Part shown: in pieces, positions 12,061 to 25,347 of the stretch
Position numbering within the stretch: the stretch's first letter is position 1
How the letters are laid out: each line of letters begins with the position of its first letter
Assembly: GCF_018977255.1 (NCBI RefSeq)
Contig: NW_024704743.1
Location: 99,574,001 to 99,638,000 of the forward strand
From: Callorhinchus milii
Taxonomy: Eukaryota
Length of the DNA: 64,000 bases
Direction of reading: 5' to 3'
Notes under the pieces: generated by a model
The model's database searches: none
Seen by the model: only the letters and a program-made list of their open reading frames with translations
What the model was told of the DNA's origin: nothing
Program-made: the position numbers and the translations under genes

Positions 12061-12944
12061 CAAGCCTTAAATAGCTATGCATAGCAGGGAAAGCACGAGG
12101 CAAAATCTCACCGTGAGTTTGAAGCACTCTACAGAAGAGGCAGCATTGAGAGGTATGGCCATTTTTGTTAACTCCAACACTAGTTAGAAGCAGCATTTTG
12201 TTTTACTTAAAGTCTGATTCAATCAGTCTGAACCACTAACAAGACTATTTGATTTTTTGCCCAATTCCAGAGGTTTTATCAGAGCAGCGGCTTTGTCAGC
12301 TAATTTATTAGGCATGAAAACATAATGAAACCGGCGCATGCTTGCTGTGCAGTGGAGGTAGATTTATTTCAGACCATCTGTGGACCAGGTGAAATGAGTT
12401 GCTTATAAAAGAATAGATACAGGCACAGACTCTCACTTCAAATCCAAACTCAATTTGTCACTTTGTAAATGGACAAGTGGATTGGTGGGCACAGGGGAGC
12501 AACAAGGTTAAAAAAAAATGAAATAAAATTCCTTATTTCAGCCTTGAATCGCACATACATATTAAAAGATAAAACAAGGTTTGCCTATATTTATCCATAA
12601 GTGCTCTGTCCATCATGAAACATGCAACAATAACAAGAGAATATTAACTACACTGCTACCAAAATCTGTATTCAGATGATCAACAATTTTTTCATTAAAC
12701 TTGTAAATTTTGAAGGTTTTCAAAGGATTTATTTTAGATTTATAAGGGAAAACATAAATTGTAAAGATGTCCAATATACCATGTATACATTAATAACATG
12801 TTTTTCAAAGACTTGTTGGATTGTTAAGATTGAGTTTTTTTATTATTTAATGTATTTTATTGTTTTATTTATTTAGTTACACAACGTAAGGGGACAACCA
12901 GAAACAAGCGTCTTACTAAAATGAAAAACCTGCAGAATTTCTAT

Positions 12945-13421
12945 TAATCCTTGTATCTGATATAGAACCTTATCTTGGCCTCAAAATGTCTCAAAGGATT
13001 TACTGTAAAGTATATTGACTCTGTATCTGTAGGTCAGCAATCAATTTGCAAAGTAATGTACCAAACCGCGAGAAGTGAATGACCAATTCTCTCTGGTGAT
13101 TGTTGGTCAGGACACTGGGAGAAACTTTCTTCTTTCTTCAAATAGTGCTATGTGATCTTTAACATCGACCTGATCAGGCAGATGGAACCTTGATTTAATG
13201 ATTCAGTTGAAGGACGGCACCTCCAACAAAATAACGCTCACCTACCACTGCATTGGAGTGTCAGCCATGACTACCTGAGCTGAAAGTCCCAATATGGAGC
13301 TGAAGTTCCCAAGTGCTCTGGGATGCTACCCCGCTTGAAGGGCGCTATATAAATGCAAGTTGTTGTTGAACTCACAATCTTCTAACTCAGAGGTAAGAAT
13401 GCTATCAACCTGAACTGACAC
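12945..13421 (-). mobile_element. Deu-domain SINE, near full length, interrupted by an L2 tail
   Basis: tail, Deu core (gatctttaacatcgacctga) and head; opposite-strand L2 tail at about 13306-13368. Confidence 0.8.
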
Positions 13422-14074
13422 CTGGTAGAGAGGCAATGGTCAAGGCTAATAATTTCTTCTCCCCTCTCATACCCCACTTCTCCACCCTCCCCTTTGCACA
13501 GATGGTCCTGGCCTTCTTCGCATCCCTTGTTCCCTCCTTTTCACCTTTGGTGGCTGTGCTTTCAGGCACCACAGTCCCTCTGGAACTCTCTGTCTCAATC
13601 CCTCCACCTTGCCCCCTCCTTGACTGTGCCTAAGGTTATCTACCCCTCTCTCTGGGTCAAGGTCAAGCACCGCTACTGTTAAGTTCTCTGAGATGTTACT
13701 CATGTGACAGGCATTACATAAATTCAAGTTGTTTTTGTTGTTCTAGTCAAATGAAAGATTTAATATGTAATCATGAATATTACATTTAAACTTCTATCTA
13801 TAGGAGACAGAAGTCCAAGAACAAAGAACCTTTTTATAGAGTTATAAACGGCTCAAGTAGCTTCACATGTTATTGATGTCAAGGGTATGGACTGTTTGGA
13901 AAATGCAACAGGCATTTGGGGCTAGTCAAACAGTCCACCAAATAACCAGGAGCTGATTCGCTAATTTATCTGGAAGATTGTTGGCTTGGGCACTGGGAGC
14001 AACTCCCGTTTTTTAAAAAATAATAACATGGGATCATATATGGATCATATATGTATACATATATTATATATACG

Positions 14075-14209
14075 CTCAATTGGCTGCTGGTTTCACCCAC
14101 ACAATATACAGTCAATTCACTTTATGGTGAAGCACTTTGAGACATCTCAATGACCTGATAAGGCATATATCAAATGCAAAGATTATTATTATTATTATTA
14201 TTATTATCA
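14075..14209 (+). mobile_element. tRNA-Ala-like SINE 3' part
   Basis: caattggctgc...cagtcaattcacttta...(ATT)n. Confidence 0.8.
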
Positions 14210-14479
14210 TCTATGTCTACCTGAATAGGGACTTTAGTTTAAAGTCTCATTTGACACATACATTTACACCTACATGCAAATTCAAGGAAGCAGACAACTT
14301 TACTTACTAATGTGCTGTCAGGTTGCAGGCACAACACCAAATATTGGCAACAACAATTTATACTTAGATAGTAATATCAACAGAATGTTCCAAATGTGTT
14401 TTACAGGGAGTGAGTGAGAGCCTCCTGAATTAGGGGGCGGCGGGGAGGGTCGAGGTGGCTGAAGGCTCGCCCACTTATA

Positions 14480-15005
14480 ATCACAAGATTTGGACAAAGG
14501 TGGGTTCTTGTGTCTATGCTGAAATTGCTCTTTGTAATTCTAAACCTATATCCTCTTGTTCTACTCTCTTGGTGCATCCTAAACGATTGTTCTGGGTTTA
14601 CTTTCTCAATCCCATGTAATATTTTATTCACCTCTATAAGGACCCCTTTCAGATGTGTTCCCTCAAGATTGAAGAGCTCTAGCTTGTCGAAGCATTGCTC
14701 ACAGCTCATTCCTCTAACACTGAGAATCATCCTTATTGCTCTGCTCTGCATTACCTCGAGGGGCTGGGAAGCCCTCTATGTTGTGGTTACCAGAAATGTA
14801 TGCAGTACTCTCTAGACACAGCTTGACAAGAGCACTTTATTGGTTGAGTATAATGTCTGGGGATCTGAACACAACTGATTTAGCAATATAACCTAGCATC
14901 CTTTTCTTCCTTGTTTATTGCTACCCCACAGTATTTTGATATAGTGAGCAATGAATCAACTAACACCCTAGATCTCTTTCAGCTTCCACTTTATCAAGAT
15001 TCCTC
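14480..15005 (-). mobile_element. CR1 LINE fragment
   Basis: ORF 14401-14751 QSRAIRMI...LELFNLE...RTRGYRFRI, CR1 ORF2 C-terminal motifs. Confidence 0.8.
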
Positions 15006-15009
15006 CTAT

Positions 15010-15545
15010 CCATGATGGAAGGGAACTGGACAGAGTAGGCAAAGTAGAGGGAGCTGCTGGGGGATTAAGGTTGAAGGAGGTCCCAGAGGTGGGTGGATCA
15101 AACCCTTGAAGGCATTTGAAGGCAAGGATGATCTGAAAGAGGATAGGGAGTCAACAGGAATGGAGTGATAGTCTCATGAAGCCTGGTATGGTATGGGACA
15201 CAGGCCACAAAATTCTGGATGACCTGGAGTTTGTGGACAGTAGAACTGGGGAGTTCGGTAAGCAAGTTATTCAAAAGTCAAGACTAAAGATGACAAAAGA
15301 TATGGGTGAAGATTTCAGCTGTGTTGGGGTTGAGGTAAAGGCAGAGGCAGGCAATTGTGCAGAGATAGAGGAAGTTAGACTTGGTCAGAGTGTGGAGTAA
15401 AAGTCTGAAAGAAAGCTGAAGTGTGAACATAAACTAAGGTTCCATTCAGGCTCTATGAGTTGCAGTGTTCAACTGCGAAAGTCAATGCAGTTTGTGCCTG
15501 AGTAAGGAGATGCTGCTGGGAGCCAAGCAGAATGCCTCAGTATGG
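15010..15545 (-). mobile_element. L2 LINE fragment, old
   Basis: degenerate similarity to the post-RT region of L2 copies at 10.0-10.5 kb. Confidence 0.55.
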
Positions 15546-15777
15546 GTTGACCTGATTCTTTCTATGGCATCCATATCAATTATTAGAGTTCAGGCTTTAA
15601 TTGGCTACAAAGTCAATTTTTAAAGCCCATTTTCACTCAGTCAATACTATTTAAAAAAATCATAACCTTTGTATTTGAAGTAGTTTGTTTTGCAATCAGA
15701 ATTTGTTTTGCAATGTTTTCTGACTGCTAATTTGGAGACAAATGTTGTAGTGGCCATCATTTTGAAGAGTGCCATCT

Positions 15778-16090
15778 TATAATAATAATAATAATAATAA
15801 TAATCCTCGAATTTGATATAGCGCTTTTCATGTATTTTAGACGTCTCAAAGCGCTTCACAGAATACACTGTAAAGTGAATTGACTACACTTTTTGTGGGC
15901 GAAACGCGCAGTGTCCCACAAACAGTCGTGGATTGAAGTGATCAAATTATTATTGTTTTTTTTTCTTGAGGGATTATTAGCAGGCATGTGGAGTAAGGAA
16001 ACTTGCCCAAGGTTTTGCCCTGCCGGGAATCGAACCCAGGTCTCTTGCTTGTGAGGTGAGTGCTCTAACCACTGAGCTACAGGACTCCAC
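15778..16090 (-). mobile_element. tRNA-Ala-like SINE, short form
   Basis: head with fully paired T-arm CTGGG-TTCGATT-CCCGG; (ATT)n tail. Confidence 0.95.
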
Positions 16091-16098
16091 ATCATTCA

Positions 16099-16335
16099 CC
16101 TCAACAGTACCCCAACCAGAATCTAGGGTCCTCAAGCCTTGGCTCTTGCCAGCCTGTGCCTAATAATCTCTGGAATTAGGTAGGAAGGATGTGTTCCTCC
16201 AGGGAGAGGGTATGCATTCCATTGCAGTACAAGGAAATTTTCTTGTGATGGTTAGATACTTGGTTTGGTTTGATATTTTTAAGAATGGTGATGGGCTTCT
16301 ACATATATCAGCCACATAGCTTATAGCATAAAAAC
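16099..16335 (+). repeat. unclassified ~250-bp interspersed repeat
   Basis: ctcttgccagcctgtgcctaataatctctggaattaggtagg...tggtttggtttg, aligns by eye to 22285-22566, 28057-28310 and 44235-44520. Confidence 0.8.
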
Positions 16336-16503
16336 TCCTTCATTTGCAGATGGGAGCCTAGCTTAAGATCTCATCCAAAGAACAAGACCTCTGACAATGG
16401 AGCAGTCCCCCAGCATTGAATTGGAGGTTCTAGACTATGTGAGCTCAAAGATCCAACATGATGCTTTGAACATCCTTTTGACTCAGAAGCGAGACTGCTA
16501 CCA

Positions 16504-16832
16504 AGTGGTTAGCACGCTCATCTCGCAAGCGGTAGATTTGTTTCCCAGGCAGGTCGAAACTTCAGGCAAGTTTCTTTACTCCACACATCTCTGTTTACCT
16601 AGCAATAAGTAGGAACCTGCTTGTTAGTCGATTGGCAGATCGCTTTCCGGGGATAGTAATCCCTCCAAAAAACATGTGGTCACTCAATCCACGAATGTTT
16701 GTGGGACACTGCTGTGCGCAATTAGCTGCTGTGATTCACCCACAACTATACAGTCACTACATTTGACAGTATATCCTGTGAAGCACTTTGAGACATCTCA
16801 ATGACGTTATAGCAAATGCAAGGATTATCATA
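16504..16832 (+). mobile_element. tRNA-Ala-like SINE, long form, diverged
   Basis: contains the ctctgtttacctagca...ttccggg block that is absent from short forms. Confidence 0.85.
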
Positions 16833-17587
16833 AGTGAGTCAGGTGGACACACAAACCTACATGGCACCAACCTTCAAAATGAAGGGCAGCAGCTGAAACG
16901 ACCATCTCTGGAACCACTGTCAAAATGTGTTCTCATCTGTCTCAGCATTCCCAAAATAAATGCTGAACTTTAATCTTGTCTTTTAATTGGAATTTGCTTT
17001 CATTATTCGGAACATTAATATTTCATTTAGGTTGGTTAGGTGAAGCTTAGCTTATCTCTTTCTTCTCAGACATCGGTTTAAAAAGGTCAAACCATTTCTC
17101 CTCTCCATAGCAGACTTATGCACCCTTTTTGATTTATTCTATAATCTGGATAAACCTTTTAAACCACTTCACAAATGTACCCTGTCTTCCTGCATTCAGA
17201 GAGGGAACTATGGTAAGGAATTGTTAGATGGGGTAAAATTTCGTCTGAGGTTAGACAGAATAGGTTTTAATAATGCACTCTCATCTTAAAATTATTCACA
17301 GCACGTGTTTTGAAAAGTAGACTCAACAAGAATTTCAATGGAGCACTCGCCACAGGAAAACATGGCTGAGACGATCAGCTATTGATTGAATTTAGCATCT
17401 GAATCTGAAATGTCTGGCTGGGCTCACAGTGGAACTCAGAATTGAAATGAGACTCATTTCAGATCAATCTCCAGAGAATCCGAATAGCGAACAATCTACA
17501 CACGGGATTGTTTTTCATTTATTTATGTCTAATTAGTTCAATTTATTATTTTTGCCAGAGTAGAATTAGTCATAATGGTGCTACACG

Positions 17588-17892
17588 AGGGGACCTGTAG
17601 CTCAGTGGTTAGAGCATTCGCCTCGCAAGCAAGACACTTAGGTTTGTTTCCTGGCAGGGCGAAATATTGGGCAAGTTTTCCTTACTCCACACGCCTCTGT
17701 TTACCTAGCAGTAAGTAGGATCCCAATTGTTAGTTGATTGGTGTATTGCTTTTCCGGCGATAATTTCACTCACAAAATATACAGTCAATTCACTTTACAG
17801 TATATTCTGTGAAGCGCTTTGCGACATCTTGAAATGTGATAAGCTCTATATCAAATGCAAGGATTATTATTATTATTATTGATATTATTATA
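17588..17892 (+). mobile_element. tRNA-Ala-like SINE, long form with internal deletion
   Basis: head, gcctctgtttacctagcagtaagtagg block, (ATT)n tail. Confidence 0.9.
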
Positions 17893-19522
17893 ATTTAAAC
17901 CATTCCATACCCGTAGCTTCTTAAAAGTTCTGTAGTAATTTACCGAGATACGCAGCCTAAGTCTCTTATTACGTGGACTCCACACACCCACTGGTTCAGC
18001 CTTGGCTCCCTTTAGCAAAGACTGTATTGCCACACAGAGCAGGTGAAGCTAGTTTAATTAAACTCAAACAAGCGAAAGGAGAACTGCAATCGGAAGGGAG
18101 AATTTTCTGTTCAAAGTTTCTCTCTGGAAATAGTTTGTTTTGACCCCAATGGTAAAGTCAGGCAGAGACTTAAGATGTTATAATCAAGCAACATTTATTT
18201 AATTAACTTGCATTAGCAAATGATATATAGTAATTAAACATTATGCTTACAACTGCAATGTGTAATTCAGAATTACCGAGTAATCCAATCCGTGTCTTGG
18301 AGAAGATTCAGAGATATTGTGTTTTACTGGGGTTTGTCGCCGCTGGGTAATCCAATCCGCATCTTGAACTCTTGCAGAAAATAAAATACCTCAAATAATG
18401 GAAAACAAATAATAAAGTATACAGAGAAGAAGCTTCTCAAAGAAATGGAACAATTATTTTGACGAAGTGGGACGAAGTAGATCTTCCAGAGAGCCAGTAC
18501 AGACATGAATAGGCTAAATGGTCTCCTTCGGAGCAGTAAATTTCTAAGTTTGTCATCCCCAACGTTTTTCATAAAATTAAGGCCCAGAATTATCTTAAGA
18601 CTTGAGGAAAACCCACGTCCAATTATTATTGGAAATAATAATTTCAAACATTCTGTTTAAATATTAATTTTACCCACACAATATACAGTCATCTCACTTT
18701 ACAATAAGTCATGTAAAATGCTTTGAGATGTCTTCCTGATGTGTAAGGCACTATATCATATGCAAGAATTATTATTATTTTAAGACAAGATGGTCTTAAC
18801 TGGCTAAGATTTGGTGAAACATGGAGCCTCATGTAAGTTTAGCAGAGAATGTATAGTGAGACAATTTCAGGTAACATTATTTTGTTCTGTTACAAATGGA
18901 GCCAGAAGAAGCCAACCAAAGTATTTACTCTCGGTTCATTGCGATTGAATACTTAAGATCTGGCTGCCCTGCCTGAAATATTGAATTTACATTGCCTGTG
19001 TGCACATCAATAAATTTGACATACATTACTCATACGTTTATTGTCTGGACTGGAGTTCATGAAGTATGTTACAAAGAGAGGCAATACTTAACGGATGCAG
19101 AATATATAATTGCTTTGGTTAGATATAGAAATAATGAGCAAAATATGCAGCATTGCATAACGTGTTCCTTTTCTTAATTAGCACTAACAACACTTTAAGA
19201 AGTATCACAAATTTCTTCCTATTTCTTAACAGCACTTACACAGGCCTGGAGTGGGGTGGTGGATGTGTGAAGTTTGAGGAAAAGAAAATAAACATTACTA
19301 GATATGCAATTTGTTATGTTCTTCTATAAAGTGTTACCCAGTTTTGTTTGCCCAGACACACCAGCAAACCATTGCACCTTTCTTACCAATCTTAAATTAA
19401 ACAATCACTCTATTCTAGTTTCACAACACTTTAGTGTAGTAAGTTCTGTTGTATTGTTAGAGATGCTATCCTTCAGATAAGATGTTAAACTGAGGTCTAA
19501 TCCACTTATTGTTCAGGTGGAT

Positions 19523-19652
19523 AATAATAATAATCCTTGCATTTGATATAGCACCTTATCACATCTTCAAGACGTCTCAAAGTGCTTCACAGAATATACT
19601 GTAAAGTGAATTGACTATATATTTTGTGGGCGAAATGCAGCAGCCAATTGGC
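19523..19652 (-). mobile_element. tRNA-Ala-like SINE 3' part
   Basis: aataatccttgcatttgatatagc...gcagccaattg. Confidence 0.85.
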
Positions 19653-19994
19653 TAATGGTCAGGCTATTTCATGCTGGAACCAGCAATGTGTGCGTCTTTG
19701 TAAATGTGAGCTCAGAGCAGTTATAGGAGAACAGTACTAGGAATGATTCGGAGAGAGAAACCTAGGTGGCTGAGATTTTCACTGAAGAGCATTCAAAATA
19801 TTGCCACAGATTGTTCCGTTACTGCATCTCCAAAGGCAGTTTTATGGATTGAGTTCGATAACCCTGAAAATTAATCATAAAAATTAATCAAATGAAGAAC
19901 AGGATATTAACATAGGCTAGCTCAGTTTTTAAAAAAATTAGTGTCTTTTCATGTCAAAACACTTTACAGTAATGATTGTCAAATAAAATGACTC

Positions 19995-20275
19995 CTTTTG
20001 TATGGAAACCCAGCAGCTATTTTGCATCTAGCAAGGCACAAAACATTTCCTGTCTTCAAACAGTTCCATGGGATTTTTAATATCCACCTAAAGAACGTGC
20101 AGATGGGATCTCAGTTTAACATGTCATTCAGGATGGTACCTTCGACAATGCAGCAGTTCCTCAGCATTCCACTCAAGTTTCTATCTAGATTATGATTTCA
20201 AGCACTGATATGGGCCTGAACCCATAACCTTCTCATCCAGAGGCAAGAGTGCTGCCAACTGAGCCAGGCTGATAA
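19995..20275 (-). mobile_element. Deu-domain SINE
   Basis: ccatgggatttttaatatccacc Deu core and head gagtgctgccaactgagccaggctga. Confidence 0.8.
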
Positions 20276-20512
20276 CTACCTTTATGTTTACGGTTATGTT
20301 TATTCATTGTACAATGATTGTTCAGGGCCTGCACATTTATGAAAACATAATGCATGTACTTGGATCATAGTTTGTGCTAAAGTCAGCCTGACTCAGTTGG
20401 TAGCACTCTCACCTCTGTGTAAGAAGGTGGTGGGTTGAAGCCCAAGTTGAGACTTGGAACTAATATACTCTTTTCCTACATTCTAATGCAGATGAATCCA
20501 CATCGATTGCTT

Positions 20513-21897
20513 CACTCCTTCCTCTCCCGCTACTCCCTCCATGAACCCCACAAATCAGGTTTCTGTGCCGCCCACAGCACAGAAACAGCCCTGGTCAAAG
20601 TGACAAATGACATTTTGTGCATCTGCGACCAGGGCTCCCTCTGCTTCCTTATCCTCCTTGACCTCTCTGCTGTCTTTGACACCGTCGACCACTCTATCCT
20701 CATCCAAGGTCTCTCCTCTCACCTCAACCTTCACGGCTCTGTCCTTGACTGGTTCCATTTGTACCTTTAACACTGCCTCCACTTCATCTCCACAAACGGT
20801 TTCTCCTCTAGCCCCCGCACTGTCTTGTGCAGTGTTCCTCAGGGCTCTGTCCTGGGTCCTCTCCTCTTCAATATTTATATGCTCCGTCTTGATGACATCA
20901 TCCGCAAACATGAGGTCAACTTCCAAATGTATGCAGATGACACCCAACTGTACCTCTCTGCCTCCACCCTTGACTCCAAGACCACTGCTGTCCAGACAGA
21001 ATGTCTGTCAGACATCAAGTGCTGAATAAGAGCTAATCTTCTTCAGTTAAATGTCAACAAGACCGACTCTCTCCTGATTGGCTCCCGTCTACGTCTCCAT
21101 ATCTCAGGCACTGATAGCATCACCGTCCATGGTTGCACACTCCACCTCACTGAGTCAGTCCGGAACCTTGGCATCTTGTTTGACCCTCAACTATCCTTTC
21201 TACCACACATCTATGCCATGACCCACTCTGCCTTCCCCCACCTCTGCAACATCGCCCGGCTCCGCCACTGTCTTACACCGTAGGTCGCCGAAACCCTCAT
21301 ACAGGCTTTCATTACATTGATGCTTGACTATATAAACTCCTTGCTTGTCGGCCTCCCCAACTCCTCCCTCCACAGGCTGCAGATCATCCAGAACTCTGCA
21401 GCCTACATTGTCTCCCACATCAGGCTCTGTGACCCTATCACCCCCATCCTCACCCAACTCCACTGGCTTCCAATCACACATAGGATACAGTTCAAGATCC
21501 TGGTTCTCATCTTCAAAGCTCTCCATGGTCTTGCTCCCCCCTACCTCTGTGACTTCCTCACCCATTACCATCCTGCCCCCTCCCTCCATTCAGCGGGCTC
21601 AGGCCTGCTTCACATCCCCCGCCTCGCTCGTCCCACCATTGGTGGGTGGGCCTTTTATCACTCTGCCCCCACCCTCTGGATCTCCATCCCACAGTCCATC
21701 TGTCTCGCCCCCTCCCTGTCTCCTTCAAGACTCATCTCAAGACTCTCCTCTTCGACTAGGTTTTTGATCACCCTACATCCCCCCGCCCTCCACCCTCCCC
21801 GATCCCGACTCCCAGCTCAGATCCGAAACTCAGACTGTCCAGCACCTTGGGGCGAGGTGCTATATAAATGTAATTTTTTGTTGTTGCTGTTGTTTGT
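20513..21897 (+). mobile_element. L2 LINE, 5'-truncated, RT to (TTG)n tail
   Basis: [52 protein letters not shown] with stops and frameshifts. Confidence 0.95.
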
Positions 21898-22284
21898 GGA
21901 GAGGTAGGTAGATGCTGCTCAAGCTTTATACTGCCAAGTGGTGGAACCAGCACTCAGCAGGAAATGGTTGTGTCCTAGCTGATGGTAGGAAGATGGTGAC
22001 GGTGGGGGTAGGTAAGCAGATCTCCTCAGAGCCAAACTGGCTCCAAGTGACATATTTAGCAATTCAATGTCGCAATTTAGCCAACCAACTGTGGCGGTCT
22101 TGTTAGTCGAGTTTCTGAGCCAGGCAGGTCAGCAATATTTCAAGGCACTGCTGATTACAGAACAGGCAGCCTGGCTCATCAGCAGAACTTGGAAGGTCAG
22201 ACTAGATACTGAAGCAGGGATTCTTCCCACTCAGCTCTTGCTAATGGGTAGGGTGGTCCACGCGGAACGTTTGGCAGACTGTGC

Positions 22285-22566
22285 GTTAAATGGCAAGCTA
22301 TGCGGTTTTAGCTGGTTAGACTCGAGCAGTACCCCAACTCACGTTCTGGGGTCTCCAAGCCATAGCTCTTGCCATCCGACGATGAATAGTTTAGGGAATT
22401 TGGTAAGAAGAATGTGTCACTCCAGGAAGAGACAGCACATTCCATTCCAATAAATATCTTGGAAATTTCCATGTGTAGGTGGGATGCATGGAATTCGGTT
22501 TGGTTTGGACACTCTATAACATGTCATGAGTTATTGCATGTATCAGACATCAGGATGACTAAAAAG
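22285..22566 (+). repeat. unclassified interspersed repeat (longest copy)
   Basis: aligns to 16099, 28057 and 44235 copies; A-rich end. Confidence 0.75.
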
Positions 22567-22571
22567 TAATG

Positions 22572-22820
22572 CAGATGAAATGTTAAACTGAGGTCGTGTC
22601 TGGCTGTCCATGTGAATGCTAAAGATCCCATAGCGTTATTCTGAAAGAGATGAAAGTTTCTTCCAGTTTCTTGGTTAACCATCCTGTAAATAAAATTGGT
22701 CACTCACTCCATGGGTGAATGTGAGACATGGCCTTATGCAAATTGGCTATATTCTGTGAAGCACTTTGAGATGTTGATGACGTGATAAGGCACTATAACA
22801 AAGGTAAGGATTATGTTATC
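22572..22820 (+). mobile_element. Deu-domain SINE 3' part
   Basis: gatgaaatgttaaactgagg...taaagatccca core and tail. Confidence 0.75.
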
Positions 22821-23630
22821 TTGAATCTAGACAGGTACTTGCAAATTATGAACTCAACTTTATTTAATTTCTCATTGCATTCATTGCAGGGTCCTTTTTC
22901 CTTGTTAAATTATTTATTCTTTGTATGTATTTATACCCCTGATCCTCACCTAACTTATTAAATTGTTGATTGCTTAAATGAAACCGAATGACTCATGCTT
23001 TGGAGAAGCTTAGCGTTTGAAGGGAGTCATTACTTTAGTATTCGAGTGCCAGTTGTTAAATGATACATGTATTTTTTAGACCAGCACTTTGCAGAACAAT
23101 AGGACTGGATTTATAGAAAAATGTTGTTGTGCTGCAGCACTATTTCTATTGTTAGAAGTAGTTCACAGTAAAAGGTTATCACTAGCAAGAGATTTGTGAA
23201 TGATTCGGTGACCCTTCACTTGTGGTGATGTTGTGAGTCTTCACTGGTGGTCATGTCTGACCTTTCTGACACTCAAAATGTGCATGCCTTTCCTGCAGAA
23301 TGCGAGTGAGTCATAGTTAGGTCCTGACTTGGTTACAAAGTGTGTATAATGTCTGAAATATCATTGCTATAAATGGATTGAAACCAAGTCTCCATGGATC
23401 TTATAATCGTACAATATTGCAGTACAGAATCTGCAGTGGTGTTGGCTAAGGAGAACACGAGTTTTAGCTCTCCTCGCGATATCAACCCTGGGGGAATAAA
23501 AAAATCCCAAAGAAAAAAGATCTCAAAGCCCAATATAGGGCCTAGAAATTTACAAAGTAAAAATCGTCCATCTCAGGTTTAAAGATATGGTCTCACTCGG
23601 ACTTGGAAAAAAATACGAGCTTGGAGGGGT

Positions 23631-23649
23631 GTGCTGCCGCCTGGTGGTT
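23631..23649 (-). promoter_or_regulatory. candidate CTCF binding site
   Basis: minus strand AACCACCAGGCGGCAGCAC closely matches the CCACCAGGGGGC core; lies in non-repeat sequence. Confidence 0.4.
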
Positions 23650-24357
23650 TACACTGATGTTACATAAATAATATGGTAAAGTTTGCCCCACAATTAGAAT
23701 AATAATCCTTGCATTGGATGTAGCGTCTGGAGGACGTCTCAAAGCATGTCACGTAATTTACTGTAAAATGTAGTGACTGGGTATTTTTCAAGCATTTAAC
23801 TCCCTTTTAAAATAATTTACAGACTTGACTTCAACAACAGTTTGTGGCAACGAATTCCACATTAGGATGCCCTCTGGGCATTTTAGTGCATACTTCAAAC
23901 AACAACAACAACTATCTATAAACATAAAAACTTTATATTATAATTGTCCATGACAACTGCTGATTACTAAAGTCTTCAGTGTTTTTATATGGCCAGCTTC
24001 GTTAACGCTAGTTCTCTTTCAAATTATTTGCCGTTTAAAATCATGTTACGAGAGTTAGGTGTTTGCTTGAAAAAAGATGATCAATTTATTTCCCTGCATA
24101 TCCAGGAAGAAAGGAGCGGGGAAATTGCATTTTCATAAATGATTTACTGGAAGCGGGATTGGATGTTCAATTTGATAATGATGAACAATTTGTAGGAAAT
24201 CTATTGATCCTTTTGAGTACAATTACTCCCTTGTGTTTTTGATTGGAGAAAGAGAGAGAGAGAGAGAGTGTGTGTATATATAGAGCAGGTGATGGGAATA
24301 GAGACTACCAATTGTAGATGTGTGGTGGGCCATTTGAAGTAATTGGCTGAGGGGGGA

Positions 24358-24655
24358 AACATAGGACCAGAAGTCGGCCGTTCAGCCTGTTCCACTATTC
24401 GATCATGGCGAATCTGTACCTCGACTTCATTTATCCTCCTTTTGCTCCATATCCCTTACCTGACAAAAATCTATCCACTTCAATTCTTGAAAATCTCAAT
24501 TGATCCAGGACCCACAGCCTTTTGGGGATAGAATTCCTGATTTCCATTACCTTTTGTGGAAAAGGTTCTTCTGGATTTTACTCCTAATTGCCCTAATTTT
24601 AAGATTATGCCCCTTTATTCTGGACTCTGCCACCAGAGGAAATAGTTTCTCTACT
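24358..24655 (-). mobile_element. CR1 LINE 3' end
   Basis: similar to 32168-32537; reverse complement of CR1 C-terminus and 3' UTR. Confidence 0.75.
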
Positions 24656-24767
24656 ATTGCTACTGCTAAAAAACTGAGGCTGTTTGTGGGGTGGGGTTGG
24701 ACTATTTTTTAAGGGGTAAAGTGTAGTGTTTGCTAGGTGTTTAACATCTCATTTGCCTTCATCACCT

Positions 24768-25347
24768 CCAGGCTCGACTGTCAAATGCTCTGCTTGTCGG
24801 CCTTCCCAACTTCGCCCTCCACGGGCTGCAGATAATCCTGAACTCTGCAGCCCGTGTCCTCTCCCGCACCAAACTCCGTGGCCCCATCTCCCCCACTCTC
24901 GCCCGACTCCATTGGCTCCCTATCTTTCAGAGGATCCATTTCAAAATCCTGATCCTCCCCTACAAAGCCGTCCATGGCCTCGCCCCACCCTATCTCTGTG
25001 ACCTCCTAACCCCTACCAACCCGCCCGCTCCCTTCTCTCAGCAGGCTCTGGCCTGCTCAACATCCCCCGACCCACCCAACCCACCATTGGTGGGAGAGCC
25101 TTCAACCACTCTGCCCCTAACTTCTGGAACTCCATTCCCGAATCACTCCGCCTCGCCCCCTCCTTAGCCTCCTTCAAGTCCCGCCTCAAAACCCTCCTCT
25201 TCAACCATGCCATCAGTCACCCCCCTTCCCCTCCCCTCCCTTCTCCCCCCTGACCCCAGCTCGGGTCTGAAATGCTGTACACTGTCCAGCGCCTTGGGAC
25301 ATCCTCCCGACGTGAAAGGTGCTATACAAATGTAATCTTGTTGTTTT
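24768..25347 (+). mobile_element. L2 LINE 3' part
   Basis: LHWLP-encoding region, 3' stem-loop and ttgttgt tail. Confidence 0.9.

Noticed and set aside
18140..18270. possible solo LTR fragment
   Set aside because: No TG...CA ends, target duplication or second copy that I can verify
18280..18368. 22-bp direct repeat gtaatccaatccg... as CRISPR-like
   Set aside because: Only two imperfect units, eukaryotic context, no cas genes
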